Shown here: piece after piece, positions 10,072 through 22,056 of the stretch
Numbering within the stretch: position 1 is the first letter of the stretch
Layout of the letters: the number at the start of each line of letters is the position of its first letter
Assembly: GCA_965226375.1 (NCBI GenBank)
Contig: CBDDCX010000008.1
Location: 1,952,001 to 2,016,000, forward strand
Length of the DNA: 64,000 nt
Direction: 5' to 3'
Source: Longimicrobiales bacterium
GTDB lineage: Bacteria > Gemmatimonadota > Gemmatimonadetes > Longimicrobiales > Gaopeijiaceae
Notes under the pieces: generated by a model
What the model was told of the DNA's origin: nothing
Database searches by the model: none
Seen by the model: the letters and a program-made list of their open reading frames with translations, nothing else
Position numbers and translations under genes: made by a program

Positions 10072-10402
10072 ACGTCTCTTGGAACCGGACACCGGTATTG
10101 AGCGGCTAACAGGAGTACCAGGCGGCTAACTGGGTGCCGACCCAGCCCGTCGGAGGTAACGAACGGCGCTCGAGCGGTTGTTCAGAGACGCTCGAGCGGG
10201 GGAGCGGAGCCTGCCCAACGGTTGGCAAGCGACCTCGACACCGCACCGACGCCACTCGCGTTTCGGTGTGGCATGACCCATACATTCGGCCTTCCGGCGG
10301 GCGGCCCAGCCTTGACAGTTACGAGCGTCCTTTATCATATGTAGGCGCTTCCTCCTCGTTCAGGGTGCGGCGCAGAGCGCCCCCACCACAGGGACCAAGG
10401 GC

Positions 10403-10570
10403 ATGATCCGGACTCAGGCACTGACATTTAGCCTTGACGGCCTTCGACTTACCGGTCTTCTTCGGCCGATGAGAGGGCACCGGTTGTGCGGCTCGGGACG
10501 ACCTGAGCAAGCAGAACAGGAAGCGCGAAACGCGCGGGCCCTCTCGGAGACGAGGGGGCCCGCTTTTTTT
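10403..10570 (+). promoter_or_regulatory. Leucine operon leader/attenuator
   Basis: ATG 10403 followed by five CTT codons (10433-10462); alternative pairings; 13-bp terminator stem plus T7 just before leuA. Confidence 0.75.
10534..10570 (+). terminator. Intrinsic (attenuator) terminator
   Basis: GCGGGCCCTCTCG-GAGA-CGAGGGGGCCCGC followed by TTTTTTT. Confidence 0.88.
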
Positions 10571-10591
10571 GGGCGTTGCATAGGAAGGACC

Positions 10592-12148
10592 ATGGCCAAG
10601 ATCACAGTGTTCGATACGACGCTCAGGGACGGTGAACAGTCTCCGGGTTGCACCATGTCCACCGCCGAGAAGCTCAGGATGGCTCATCAGCTCGACGAGC
10701 TGGGTGTGGACGTCATCGAAGCGGGCTTCCCGGTAGCGTCGGAGGACGATTTCAACGGCGTCCGCTCCATCGTGCGCGAGGTGCGCAGACCCATCATTGC
10801 CGCCCTAGCGCGAGCGCACCCCGTCGATGTGGAGCGTGCCGCCGAGGCGGTCGAGGAAGCCCAGCACCCACGAGTGCATGTCTTCATCGCCACCTCCGAC
10901 ATCCACCTCGAGCACAAGCTCGAGATCACTCGCGACGAATGTCTCCGCCGGGTGGTAGAGTCGGTGGAGAGAGCTCGACAGCTCTCCGACGATGTGGAGT
11001 TCAGCGCAGAAGACGCGACCCGGACGGATCCAGGGTTTCTCTGTCAGGTCGCGCAGGCGGCCATGGAGGCAGGCGCCACCACCATCAATATCCCCGATAC
11101 CGTCGGCTACACCCTTCCCGGAGAATACGCCGCGCTCATGAAGACGCTGTTCCGCGACGTGGAGGGCCTGGATCAGGTCGTGGTCAGCGTACACTGCCAT
11201 GACGATCTAGGGGTGGCGGTGGCGAACTCTCTGGCCGCCATCGATGCGGGAGCGCGACAAGTAGAGTGCACCGTCAACGGTATCGGAGAGCGTGCCGGCA
11301 ACGCGTCTCTGGAAGAGATCGTGATGGCACTCAAGGTGCGCGGCGACTTGACCGAGCACTACACGGATGTCAACACACGCGCCCTCTACAAGGCGAGCCA
11401 ACTCCTGTCGCATCTGACCGGGACACACCCTCAGGCCAACAAAGCCATCGTGGGAAAGAACGCGTTCGCTCATGAGGCCGGCATCCATCAGCACGGCATG
11501 CTGAAGGACAAGATGACCTACGAGATCATGACACCCGCAATGGTCGGAGCGCCGGACACCAACCTGGTTCTGGGTAAGCACTCGGGCCGGGCCGGACTCA
11601 AGAACCGCTACGAGGAGCTGGGCTACGAGCTGGAGCCCGAGGAGTTGGACCGGGCGTATAAGCTGTTCACCCTTCTGGCCGACCAGAAGAAAACCGTGCT
11701 GGACGAGGACTTGCTCGTGATCCTGCACCATGGGGCGATGGTGGATACTCCCCGATCGTTCAAACTTGTGGAGTTGGACGTGCACTGTGGGGGAGAGTGG
11801 TCTACCGCACGTGTCCGACTCACCCACGGTGACGGTCAGCCCATGGAAGGATCCAGCAAGGGAGACGGACCCATTGCAGCGGCGTTCTCGGCCATCGACG
11901 AGTTGATCGATGGCACGGTGGAGATCGTGGACTTCGAGATCGTTTCGGCCACGCCGGGTCGCGACGCCGTCGGTGAAGTCAACCTTCACGCTCGCATCGG
12001 CGGCAAGACGTTCGCCGGCAGTGGAGCGTCGACCGACGTCGTCGATGCCGCAGCTCGCGCCTACGTAAACGTCCTCAACAAGGCGGAACAGGCCAAGGCG
12101 CTGGAGGGCATGGAGCTGGAGCAGGAAAGCTACCTGTGGGGCGTCTGA
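10592..12148 (+). CDS. leuA: 2-isopropylmalate synthase
   Basis: [45 protein letters not shown] before ATG 10592. Confidence 0.96.
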   Translation: MAKITVFDTTLRDGEQSPGCTMSTAEKLRMAHQLDELGVDVIEAGFPVASEDDFNGVRSIVREVRRPIIAALARAHPVDVERAAEAVEEAQHPRVHVFIATSDIHLEHKLEITRDECLRRVVESVERARQLSDDVEFSAEDATRTDPGFLCQVAQAAMEAGATTINIPDTVGYTLPGEYAALMKTLFRDVEGLDQVVVSVHCHDDLGVAVANSLAAIDAGARQVECTVNGIGERAGNASLEEIVMALKVRGDLTEHYTDVNTRALYKASQLLSHLTGTHPQANKAIVGKNAFAHEAGIHQHGMLKDKMTYEIMTPAMVGAPDTNLVLGKHSGRAGLKNRYEELGYELEPEELDRAYKLFTLLADQKKTVLDEDLLVILHHGAMVDTPRSFKLVELDVHCGGEWSTARVRLTHGDGQPMEGSSKGDGPIAAAFSAIDELIDGTVEIVDFEIVSATPGRDAVGEVNLHARIGGKTFAGSGASTDVVDAAARAYVNVLNKAEQAKALEGMELEQESYLWGV

Positions 12149-12149
12149 C

Positions 12150-13292
12150 GTGAGGTGGCAGATCGCCGTTCTTCCCGGAGATGGAGTCGGCCCTGAGGTA
12201 ACCGACGCGGCCGTGCGAGTGCTTCGTGCAACCGCGGAGCGGTTCGGGCATGATGCCGATCTACGGTTCCACGACGTGGGGTGGACGGCTTACGACCGTC
12301 AGGGCGTGCCACTGCCCGACTCCACGCTGGAGGCATGCAGGTCGGCGGACGCCGTGCTCCTGGGGGCCGTAGGAGACCCGCGCGGAGACGGCCTCGATCC
12401 CGAGCTACGCCCCGAGGCGGCGCTCCTCGCGCTGCGGCAGGAGATGGGGTGCTTCGCCAATCTCCGCCCTGTGCGCCTCGTGCCCGCGCTCGCAGAAGCG
12501 TCTCCGCTCCGTCGTGACCGCGTGGAAAATACGGACCTGGTCATCGTGCGGGAGCTGGCCGGCGGGCTGTACTACGGGCAACCGCGTGGACCTGTCGACG
12601 ACGGTCAGGCTGCCCTGGATACCATGAAGTACAGCCGCGAGGAGGTGGTCAGGATCGCCAGGGTGGCGTTCGACACGGCCCGAATCAGGCGCAAGCAGGT
12701 TCTCTCGATCGACAAGGCGAACGTGCTGCATAGCTCTCGGCTTTGGCGTGAGGTTGTCGAGGGTGTAGCGCAGAACTACCCGGACGTCGAGTGCACTCAC
12801 ATGCTGGTCGACCGGGCCGCCATGGAGCTGGTGCTCAACCCTGCTCAGCTCGACGTGATGCTCACCGCGAACCTGTTCGGCGACATACTGAGTGATGAGG
12901 CCGCCGCGGTGGTAGGGTCCATCGGGCTGCTCGCTTCCGCCAGCATCGGCGGTGGCGGTGGCATCTTCGAGCCGGTCCATGGCTCCGCTCCGGACATCGC
13001 CGGGACGGGCACGGCGAACCCCCTTGCCATGATCCTGTCGACGGCGCTCCTGCTCCGTCACGTCTACGAAAACGAGGTGGAGGCCACGGCCATCGAGACG
13101 GCGGTGGAGCAGGTTCTCGGAGGTGGATTGCGGACGCCGGATCTGGCTCGGGGCGGTGAGGCTACGGTGGGGACGGAAGCGATGGGCGTAGCCGTTGCCG
13201 AGGCCGTGAGCCGAGCCAACCCTGCGGATTCCGAAGCCGGGTCCGTGACCGGTGGCGACGGTTCGAGCGAAGAGGGCCCCTCCCATGCCTAG
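12150..13292 (+). CDS. leuB: 3-isopropylmalate dehydrogenase
   Basis: [34 protein letters not shown]. Confidence 0.96.
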   Translation: MRWQIAVLPGDGVGPEVTDAAVRVLRATAERFGHDADLRFHDVGWTAYDRQGVPLPDSTLEACRSADAVLLGAVGDPRGDGLDPELRPEAALLALRQEMGCFANLRPVRLVPALAEASPLRRDRVENTDLVIVRELAGGLYYGQPRGPVDDGQAALDTMKYSREEVVRIARVAFDTARIRRKQVLSIDKANVLHSSRLWREVVEGVAQNYPDVECTHMLVDRAAMELVLNPAQLDVMLTANLFGDILSDEAAAVVGSIGLLASASIGGGGGIFEPVHGSAPDIAGTGTANPLAMILSTALLLRHVYENEVEATAIETAVEQVLGGGLRTPDLARGGEATVGTEAMGVAVAEAVSRANPADSEAGSVTGGDGSSEEGPSHA

Positions 13293-14685
13293 AACGATGC
13301 TCGACAAGATCTGGGACGCCCATGTGGTGCACAGCGAGGAGGGCCGACCGGATCTGCTGTACATCGATCTCCACATCCTCCACGAGGTCACCTCGGCACA
13401 GGCGTTCGAGGGACTTCGGCTGGCGGGCCGCCCGGTCCGACGTCCGGAGCTCTGCGTGGCCACCGTCGATCACAACGTGCCGACGACGGATCGCAGCCTT
13501 CCCATCCTCGATGACCTGGCTCGCCTTCAGATCGAGGCGCTGAGGAAGAACGCCGCCGAGTTCGGGGTCGAGCTCTTCGACATCGACAGCCCGCATCAGG
13601 GGATCGTGCACGTCATCGGACCGGAGATGGGCTTCACCCACCCCGGCATGACGATCGTTTGCGGAGACAGCCACACGTCGACCCATGGTGCGTTCGGAGC
13701 GCTGGCCATGGGAATCGGCACCTCCCAGGTCGAGCACGTGTTGGCGACCCAGTGCATGCCTCGGGCCCGGCCCAGGTCCATGGAGATCCGGGTCGACGGC
13801 CAGCTGCCCCCCGGAGTGACCGCCAAGGACCTGATCCTCGGGATCATCGCTCGAATCGGGATCGGTGGAGGCACCGGTCACGTGATCGAGTACACGGGTC
13901 CGGCGGTCCGGGCGCTCTCCATGGAGGGGCGCATGACGGTCTGCAACATGTCCATCGAAGCAGGTGCACGTGCCGGCATGATCGCTCCCGACGAAACGAC
14001 ATTCGCGTATCTCGAGGGACGGCCACGAGCTCCGCAGGGTGAGGCGTTCGGGCAAGCCGTATCGCGCTGGCGCGGGCTCGCCACCGATGAGGGGGCGACC
14101 TTCGACGAGACTGTGGAAATCGATGCCACCTCGCTCGAGCCCTTCGTCACCTGGGGGACCAACCCTGGTATGTCGATACCGGTCACGGGGCGCATACCAC
14201 ACGCCGAGTCGGGCGAGTCGGAAGACGATCGGAAGGCCTTGGAGCGGGCTCTAGCCTACATGGATCTGAAACCCGGCACACCCATCCAGGATGTCTCCAT
14301 CGATCGGGTCTTCCTGGGATCATGCACCAACGCCCGAATCGATGATCTGCGGGCTGCTGCCTCGGTCTTGGCCGGACACAAGGTGCACCAAGACGTGCGG
14401 GCGATGGTCGTGCCCGGATCGGCGGCCGTGAAGAAGGCCGCCGAAGACGAGGGCCTCGACCAGGTCTTCATCGAAGCCGGCTTCGAGTGGCGAGAGGCCG
14501 GATGCTCCATGTGTCTGGGAATGAACCCGGACATTCTGGGTCCCGGCGAACGTTGTGTGTCGACCTCGAATCGTAATTTCGAGGGACGCCAGGGCCGGGG
14601 TGGACGGACACACCTGGTGAGTCCTGAAATGGCGGCGGCCGCAGCCGTGGCAGGTCACTTTGTCGACATCCGGGACTGGATCTGA
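13285..14685 (+). CDS. leuC: 3-isopropylmalate dehydratase large subunit
   Basis: [48 protein letters not shown]. Confidence 0.97.
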   Translation: MPRTMLDKIWDAHVVHSEEGRPDLLYIDLHILHEVTSAQAFEGLRLAGRPVRRPELCVATVDHNVPTTDRSLPILDDLARLQIEALRKNAAEFGVELFDIDSPHQGIVHVIGPEMGFTHPGMTIVCGDSHTSTHGAFGALAMGIGTSQVEHVLATQCMPRARPRSMEIRVDGQLPPGVTAKDLILGIIARIGIGGGTGHVIEYTGPAVRALSMEGRMTVCNMSIEAGARAGMIAPDETTFAYLEGRPRAPQGEAFGQAVSRWRGLATDEGATFDETVEIDATSLEPFVTWGTNPGMSIPVTGRIPHAESGESEDDRKALERALAYMDLKPGTPIQDVSIDRVFLGSCTNARIDDLRAAASVLAGHKVHQDVRAMVVPGSAAVKKAAEDEGLDQVFIEAGFEWREAGCSMCLGMNPDILGPGERCVSTSNRNFEGRQGRGGRTHLVSPEMAAAAAVAGHFVDIRDWI

Positions 14686-14688
14686 GCG

Positions 14689-15288
14689 ATGGAACCGTTC
14701 ACGAAACACACGGGTCTGGTCGCGCCGCTCGATCGCGTCGACGTAGACACCGATCAGATCATCCCGAAGCAGTTCCTGAAGCGCATCGAGCGCACCGGAT
14801 ATGGCCAGTTCCTCTTCAACGACTGGCGCACTCGTGAGGACGGATCGACGAATCCGGACTTTCCCCTCAATCGTCCCCAGTACGCAAGGGCGAGTGTTCT
14901 CATTGCCGGCCGTAATTTCGGGTGTGGCTCGTCCCGCGAGCACGCAGCGTGGGCCCTCAGCGATTACGGATTTCGTGCCGTCATCGCACCGAGCTTCGCG
15001 GACATCTTCCGGAGCAACAGCTTCCAGAACGGTCTGCTTCCCATCCAGTTGACGGAAGAGGAAGTCGGGCATGCGATGGCAGCGGCCCTGACCGGCGACG
15101 GATATGCCCTGACGGTAGACCTGGAGGCTCAGCGGGTCAGCGATCGTGCGGGCTGGAAGGCCGACTTCCATGTCGATGCGTTCCGGCGACACTGCCTGCT
15201 CAACGGGTTGGACGATATCGCGTTGACGCTACAGGTCGAGGACCGGATCCAGTCGTTCGAGAACAAGCGGAGGGCGACGGGCGGCTGA
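14689..15288 (+). CDS. leuD: 3-isopropylmalate dehydratase small subunit
   Basis: [30 protein letters not shown]. Confidence 0.97.
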   Translation: MEPFTKHTGLVAPLDRVDVDTDQIIPKQFLKRIERTGYGQFLFNDWRTREDGSTNPDFPLNRPQYARASVLIAGRNFGCGSSREHAAWALSDYGFRAVIAPSFADIFRSNSFQNGLLPIQLTEEEVGHAMAAALTGDGYALTVDLEAQRVSDRAGWKADFHVDAFRRHCLLNGLDDIALTLQVEDRIQSFENKRRATGG

Positions 15289-15387
15289 GGTGCGAAACCG
15301 GCACTCCCCGACGCCCGTAGGCTCCGGTGGGGAGAGACATCCCCGCGGTGCCTGATCAGCCCTCGACCCTCACCCGAGTCACATGTC

Positions 15388-17834
15388 ATGGAACGCCTGA
15401 TCCGAGACGTCCGCTACGCCGCCCGCCGCCTTCTCAAGAAGCCCGTGTTCACCGGCACGGCCATCGTCTCTCTAGCCATCGGCATCGGTGCGAATACGGC
15501 GATCTTCAGCATCGTGAACGCGGTCATTCTGAGGGATCTCCCTTTGGAGAGCCCGGAGGAACTCGTCGACGTGTACCGGAGCGTGGCCGGGTTCTCGCAC
15601 GCACCGCTCTCCTTTCCCGACATCGAAGACCTGAGGCGCGAGACGGCTGATGTCTTCAGCGAAGTTGCGGGCTCTCGAATAAGCTTCATCCAGACCGACG
15701 TCGACGGCGGTGTGGAGATGATCCCCGCGGAACTGGTGAGCGGCGCCTACTTCCCTCTACTCGGCGTGCCGGCCCACATCGGTAGAACGCTGCTTCCCGA
15801 GGACGACGTCGCCTCGGGTGGTCACTACGTGGTGATGCTCGACTACAGCTATTGGCAGCGACGTTATGGCGGCGACCCGTCGATCGTGGGTCAGGAGATC
15901 AGGCTCAACGGGCGCGCGTATTCCATCGTGGGCGTGGGACCCGAGGAGTACACGGGCAACCTGCCGGGGCTCGCGCCGCAGCTATACGCATCGACGATGA
16001 TGGTGGGACATCTCAACCCTTCCAATACCGATGAGCTCCAGGCTCGCGACAACCAGAGCACCTTCGTCAAGGCGCGGCTGCTACCGGGTGTCTCCCTCGT
16101 CCAGGCCAGTGCCGTCACGGACCGGTTGGCGATCTCCCTCAAGCAGCAGTATCCCGACTCCTGGCAGGCCGACAACGTACGCTGGTCGCCACGGACGACG
16201 TCATCATGAACCCCATGATCGACCGCATCCTGGTCCCAGCAGCGACCCTGATGATGACGGTGGTGGGGCTGATCTTGCTGATCGCCTGCGCGAACCTGGC
16301 CAGCTTCCTGCTCGCCCAGGCGGCGGACCGGAAGAAGGAGGTCGCGATTCGACTGGCCATGGGCGCGCGGCGCGGTACGCTGATCCGGCAGTTGCTGACG
16401 GAAAGCGTTCTGCTGGCCACGGCCGGTGGCGCGGCCGGCGTGCTCCTGGCGTCCGGGATGTTGAAGGGCCTGGTGGCCGCCGACCTGCCACTTCCCTTCC
16501 CGATCACGCTGGATCTGAGTCTGAACATGACGGTTCTCGCGTTCAGCATCACCCTCACCGTGGTTGCCGGTCTGCTGTTTGGACTGGCGCCGGCCCTCCA
16601 GGCCAGCCGGGCAGACGTCGCCTCTACCTTGAAAAACGAAGGTACAGGGGGGGGGCGCCCGGGCCGGGTGACGCTTCGGAGCGCACTGGTCGTCACTCAA
16701 GTCGCGGTGTCCCTCATGCTCCTTATCGGAGCCGGACTGTTCCTCAGAAGTCTCCAGGCCCGCGTAGCGGTGGATCCGGGCTTCGGAGACGCCCCAGCCG
16801 CTATCGTCACAGTACAAACGGCACCCGACCGGTACTCGACAGACGAGGCACGGGTGTTCTTCCGTACCTTGCTAGCGGAGGCGCACCAGCTCCCGGGAGT
16901 GACCGCTGTGGGCATGTCCGGCGACCTGAATCTGAACCCCCTGAACACGCGCACGATGGGCGTGGAGGTCGACGGTGTCGAACCGCCCCCGGGCCAGGAC
17001 TACCATACGGTCGATTGGGCCAACGTAGACGCCGGCTTCTTCGAGGCAGTGGGCATTCCCATCCTGGAGGGTCGTGGCTTCGAAGCGACCGACGAGGCTG
17101 ACGCTCCCTGGGTGGTGATCGTAAGCGAGGCCATGGCGCGTCGATTCTGGCCCGACGGCCAAGCCGTGGGCCGGACCTTCCGGCGCAACGATACCGAGTA
17201 CACCGTCGTGGGCCTCGCCCGCGACGCGAAAGTGCGCTCCTTGGGAGAAGCGCCGCGGCCCTTCATCTATCGGCCCTTCGACCAGGCCTTCAGCACCGCC
17301 ATGACGGTCGTCGCCCGCACATCGGGGGATGCGAACGCGACGACGCTGGAGTTGGTGGCCATGGCTCGCCGCCTTGATCCCGAACTGATGATCTTCGAGG
17401 CCAAGACCATGGAGCGGCACCTGGCCGTGCCACTCCTTCCCCACCGGCTGTCGGCCGTTCTGGTATCCGCCTTCGGGTTCCTGGCTCTTCTGCTGGCCAG
17501 CATCGGACTATTCGGAGTGGTGAGCTACTCGGTGTCTACGCGGAGCCGAGAGGTGGGAACTCGCGTTTCGCTAGGAGCGCAGCCGGGCAGTGTGGTCCGC
17601 ATGCTGACGCGCGGGGGTATGCGACTCGTGGCGGTGGGTGGACTTATCGGGCTGGTCCTGTCGTTCCTGGGTGCACAACTCCTCGGTGGCCTGCTGTTCG
17701 GAATCGAAACCACCGATCCTACCGTGTTCGGTCTGGTGCCCTGCTTGCTGACGGCGGTGGCCTCGTTCGCCGCTTGGATACCGGCGAGGCGAGCGGGCCG
17801 AGTCGACCCGGTAAGCGCACTCAAGGCGGAGTAG
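15388..17834 (+). pseudogene. Duplicated MacB/FtsX-type orphan ABC permease (ADOP-like), frameshifted near 16177
   Basis: LAIGIGANTAIFS in 15388-16209; LIACANLA...EVAIRLAMGA and VDPVSALKAE in 16206-17834, a different frame. Confidence 0.85.
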
Positions 17835-18391
17835 AACAGGAGGCGTAGGGCCGGAGGCGATGCCGCAGACCCAGATCTCGTCACTGACCTCAATGGCGAC
17901 GGTTTTACGCCGGTGGACCCGAGCCGGAAAGCGCGGTCGCCGTTCCGCCCCTCATGCATGGCATCGGTCAGCGTAAAATAGTAGGATGCGGTTACTATGA
18001 GGCAGCAGAGTAAACGAGTCGCCTTGGGGATCGCCCCAAGCCCGACCGGGAGAGAATGAAATGAAATACTCGGCGTTGATCATCGGCCTCTACTCCATAT
18101 GTAGGGTGCGGCGTTTCCGAACCGGAGGACGCCCAGAGTTGTGAGTGTACGGAGGTCAGGATGGTTGACTTAGTCAACTATTTACTTGTGTTTGGCAACT
18201 AAATGTCCCTCGCGCGGCCAGAGACAGTTCGGTACTATGCCCGGACTCGCCAGGCCCGCACATAAGAAACCGACCGATGATCGAAGACACGGGACACACC
18301 CAGCGACTCGCCGCGGCCTTCGCGGACCACTACACGTCGTGATCACCAATGCGCTCAAAACGGGTGGCCGCGAGTAGTGCTCGCTCACTGC

Positions 18392-18577
18392 TTACTGCTC
18401 AGTTCCATCATGACCTGCCTCCTCTAAACGCTCTTCGATCCGGGCGAGGCGGGCCTCGATCCCCTTGAGTTGATGGAGGATCATGACGTGCGTCTTCTTG
18501 GCGTCGATTCCCACAGGGCTGCTCTCGCTACTGATCTCGTCTTCGATGGCCCGATATTCGTCCTCGGGAATGTTCAT
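18392..18577 (-). CDS. Small hypothetical protein (61 aa), coiled-coil C-terminus
   Basis: GAGGAG upstream of ATG 18577; MNIPEDEY...SPVGIDAKKTHVMILHQL. Confidence 0.6.
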   Translation of the reverse strand: MNIPEDEYRAIEDEISSESSPVGIDAKKTHVMILHQLKGIEARLARIEERLEEAGHDGTEQ

Positions 18578-18776
18578 AACTGACTCCTCGCGTTGTTTTC
18601 GCGTGTGAAAACGGGGCACAAGGCGGTGAGGAGAACCATAGGTGAGCCCTACCCGGCCCGATAGGCACCCCGAGCCCGCTGTAGATCCCCTGGCCCAAGG
18701 ACTCGAGGGAGCGGAGATTGTCGGTGTAGTCGATTCAGCCGAGTCCGTCGGCGCAGCACTCCCAAGGAGGAATGTC

Positions 18777-19033
18777 ATGACCCGGTGTCTCCCTCGATCC
18801 CACGCCCTCGTCACCTCGTTCCTGGTGGGGCTGACCCTCGCACCTCCGGTGGCCCTGGCCCAACAGCGCACGGGTCGAGCATTCACGCCTGAGGACGCCC
18901 TCGACGTACGGACGGCCCGGATTCAGGACGTCTCCGACGATGGAGCGTGGATCGCCGCGACCGTGCAACGTCACCGCGACCGGCTCAACGTGGATCACGA
19001 GCGCTTCGGTGACCCCACGTATGTCTCGCCCTC
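18777..19033 (+). pseudogene. N-terminal fragment of a secreted, probably S9-family peptidase
   Basis: AAGGAGG RBS, signal peptide ending ALAQQ, FTPEDALDVR..DVSDDGAWIA propeller-like start; coding signal ends abruptly. Confidence 0.55.
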
Positions 19034-19195
19034 CGCGCAGTACGGGCATACGGTCTTGTACTCCCGTGCGTTGGAGATCTTGAGGTCGCGCGAAGCGGCG
19101 TAGGCGGGCTTCAGGTCGAAACCCAAGGTGCTGACCAGCGTGCCCCCTCCGGCGAGGGCGGAGAGCTTGAGAAGGTCTCTCCGAGAGATGTCCAT
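19034..19195 (-). pseudogene. N-terminal fragment of formate dehydrogenase alpha subunit (FdnG/FdoG type)
   Basis: Tat signal SRRDLLK, LGFDLKPAYA, TVCPYCA; truncated inside the Fe-S motif; GGAGGAG RBS. Confidence 0.8.
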
Positions 19196-19429
19196 GGCCG
19201 GCTTTCTCCTCCCCACGTGTGTAGCGGATTCGAGGCATGCTGTGGCGCTGGACTGATAATAGGGAGTGCACCGGCCCGACGCCAAACCTCACGATTGGCG
19301 TTTCCACTCCTCAAGCGTATTGTGTCCGCCGAGATCCTCGGGCTCGCGGCCGACCGCCGCCCGGGAAACGTTTCAAGGCACGATGAATCCTCGGGTTGGC
19401 GCTCTCGGCAGCGCCAAAAGGAGAACGGC

Positions 19430-20236
19430 ATGGCGTCAGGCACGACCTCGCTTCCGGTGCGTCGGTCTTTCGGACAGACCACCCGCCCCGATGCGTGGTG
19501 GCTGCAGCCCGCGGCCGTCTTCTTGGGCCTCGGCGCGTTCATCGTCTACTCCACCTGGGCCGCCTTCCAGGGTGAGCATTACTCGTACGGGAATGACCTC
19601 TCTCCCTTCTACTCGCCAGAGCTCTTCGGAGCGACGCATCACGCCTGGTTCGGCCCGCAACCCAGTTGGTGGTTCAGTTGGCTCCCCTGGTCGCCGGCGT
19701 TTCTGATCCTGTGGGCGCCGGGGGGCTTCCGGATGACCTGCTACTACTACCGAGGGGCGTACTACAAGGCGTTCTGGGCCGACCCGCCCTCTTGTGCCGT
19801 GGGTGAGCCACGCAAGACGTACTGGGGGGAGCGATCGTTTCCCTTGATCCTCCAGAACGTGCACCGGTACTTCATGTATCTGGCGCTACTCTTTCTCGTC
19901 TTCCTCTCCATCGACGTGTGGAAGGCGCTCTGGTTCACCGATCCGGCTACCGGCGTCGAGACGTTCGGGCTGGGAGTCGGAACCCTGGTTCTGGCGATCA
20001 ACGTCATCCTGCTGGGCAGCTATACCCTCGGATGTCACTCGTTGCGGCACCTGGTGGGCGGCCGCCTCAACGTGATGTTCGACAGGCCGGTCCAGCGCGC
20101 CGCGCACGACTGTGTGAGCTGCCTCAATCGGCGCCACATGCTCTTCGCCTGGATGAGCCTCTGCTGGGTGGGCTTCACGGACGTCTACGTCCGCCTGTGC
20201 TCCATGGGGATTCTGACCGACCTGATGCTGTTCTGA
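19430..20236 (+). CDS. Succinate dehydrogenase membrane subunit, mycobacterial Sdh1 (Rv0249c)-like
   Basis: SPFYSP, FRMTCYYYRGAYY, FPLILQNVHRYF, GCHSLRH, HMLFAW; overlaps flavoprotein start. Confidence 0.85.
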   Translation: MASGTTSLPVRRSFGQTTRPDAWWLQPAAVFLGLGAFIVYSTWAAFQGEHYSYGNDLSPFYSPELFGATHHAWFGPQPSWWFSWLPWSPAFLILWAPGGFRMTCYYYRGAYYKAFWADPPSCAVGEPRKTYWGERSFPLILQNVHRYFMYLALLFLVFLSIDVWKALWFTDPATGVETFGLGVGTLVLAINVILLGSYTLGCHSLRHLVGGRLNVMFDRPVQRAAHDCVSCLNRRHMLFAWMSLCWVGFTDVYVRLCSMGILTDLMLF

Positions 20237-22056
20237 TGGCGGAGCCCACGCGTCACTCGCACGATGTGCTCATCATCGGGTGCGGGGGGGCCGGTCTGCG
20301 GGCGGCCATCGAGGCGTCCGCATCAGGCGCATCGGTCGCCGTCATCTCGAAGTGCCTTCTGGGTAAGGCTCACACGGTCATGGCGGAAGGCGGCATGGCT
20401 GCGGCCCTGGCCAACGTCGACGAACGGGACAGCTGGAAGGTGCACTTTGCCGACACCATGCGGGGCGGGCAGTACCTCAACAACTGGCGCATGGCGGAGC
20501 TTCACGCCAAGGAATCGCCGGACCGCGTGAGGGAGCTGGAGGCGTGGGGTGCTGTGTTCGACCGCACCAAGGAGGGAAAGATTCTCCAGCGTAATTTCGG
20601 GGGCCACGCCCACCCGCGGCTTGCGCACGTCGGAGACCGTACGGGTCTCGAGCTGATTCGTACCCTTCAGGATCACGGGGTCCACCAAGGTATGGAGGAC
20701 TTTCAAGAGTGCACCATCACCCGCCTGCTCAAGTCAGGCGACCGGGTGGTGGGTGCGTTCGGCTACGACCGAGAGAGCGGGGACTTTCGAGTCTTCCAGG
20801 CGGGGGCCGTGATTCTGGCTACCGGCGGCATCGGCCAAGCGTTCAAGATCACGTCCAACAGTTGGGAAGGCACAGGAGATGGCCACTCGCTCGGCTACCA
20901 CGCCGGCGCGGAACTCATCGACATGGAATTCGTGCAGTTCCATCCCACGGGCATGGTGTGGCCCCCGAGCGTACGCGGGCTACTCGTTACGGAAGGGGTT
21001 CGCGGCGAGGGCGGCATCTTGAAAAACTCCGAGGGCCGGCGCTTCATGTTCGACGACATTCCGGACCTTTACGTGAACCAGACGGCGGATAATCCGGACG
21101 AGGGCTGGCGCTACGTCATCGGTGATCGGAACGCCCGCCGTCCTCCGGAGCTCCTCACGAGGGATCACGTCGCACGCTGTATCGTCCGGGAGGTCAAGGA
21201 AGGCCGAGGGAGCCCACACGGCGGCGTATTCCTGGACATCGCATGGATCAAGGAGAACATGCCCAACGCTCCCGAGCACATCCGACGGAAGCTCCCCTCG
21301 ATGTACCATCAGTTCAAGGAGCTGGCCGGCATCGACATCACCTCGGAGCCGATGGAGGTCGGTCCCACGACCCACTACGTGATGGGAGGACTCCGAGTGG
21401 ACTCCGACACCCAGATGTCGACGGTGCCGGGACTGTTCGCCGCGGGCGAGTGCGCGGCGGGCCTGCACGGAGCCAACCGCTTGGGCGGCAACTCCCTGTC
21501 CGACCTCGTGGTCTTCGGCAAGCGTGCCGGCGAGCACGCGGCTGCGTTCGCGAAACAAGCATGGCCTGGGTGCAGTGCAGAATGACGAGGTCGAGGAGGC
21601 TGAACGCGAGGCGCTCGCTCCGTTCGAGCGGCAGCCCAGTCCGGTGACGCGGGTCCCTACAAGGTCCAGATGGAGCTGCAGGATCTCATGCAGGACAAGG
21701 TCGGCATCATTCGGAAAGCGGACACTCTGTCTGAGGCCGTAGACGAGATCAAGGACCTGTCGGCGAAGGCGCAACAGACCAGAGCCGGTGGAGACCGCCA
21801 CTTCAACCCCGGGTGGCATACCGCCCTGGACCTGCGACACCTCCTGACCGTGGCTGAGGCGTGTGCCCGATCGGCGCTGGCACGAAGAGAGAGTCGGGGG
21901 GCCCACTCGCGGATCGACTATCCTGACAAGGACGCCGACTGGGGAAAACATACGATCGTACTCAGGAAGGGATCGAACGGCATCATGGAGGCCGGAAGGG
22001 ATCCCCTGCCCCCGATTCCCGACGAATTCCGCGAGATCATCGAGGAGCAAGGCTGA
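20236..22056 (+). pseudogene. sdhA: Succinate dehydrogenase/fumarate reductase flavoprotein, two compensating frameshifts at about 21560 and 21640
   Basis: AHTVMAEGG, QFHPTG, TEGVRGEGG, HYVMGG, HGANRLGGNSL, RRESRGAH; coding signal passes frame 1 to 2 to 1. Confidence 0.88.

Noticed and set aside
10100..10200. Short repeats GCGGCTAAC x2 and CGCTCGAGCGG x2
   Set aside because: Only two copies each, too short for CRISPR, plausible by chance at this GC content.
10312..10338. Sigma-70 promoter for the leu operon (TTGACA...TATCAT)
   Set aside because: Spacer is only 15 nt; plausible but not supportable as a feature.
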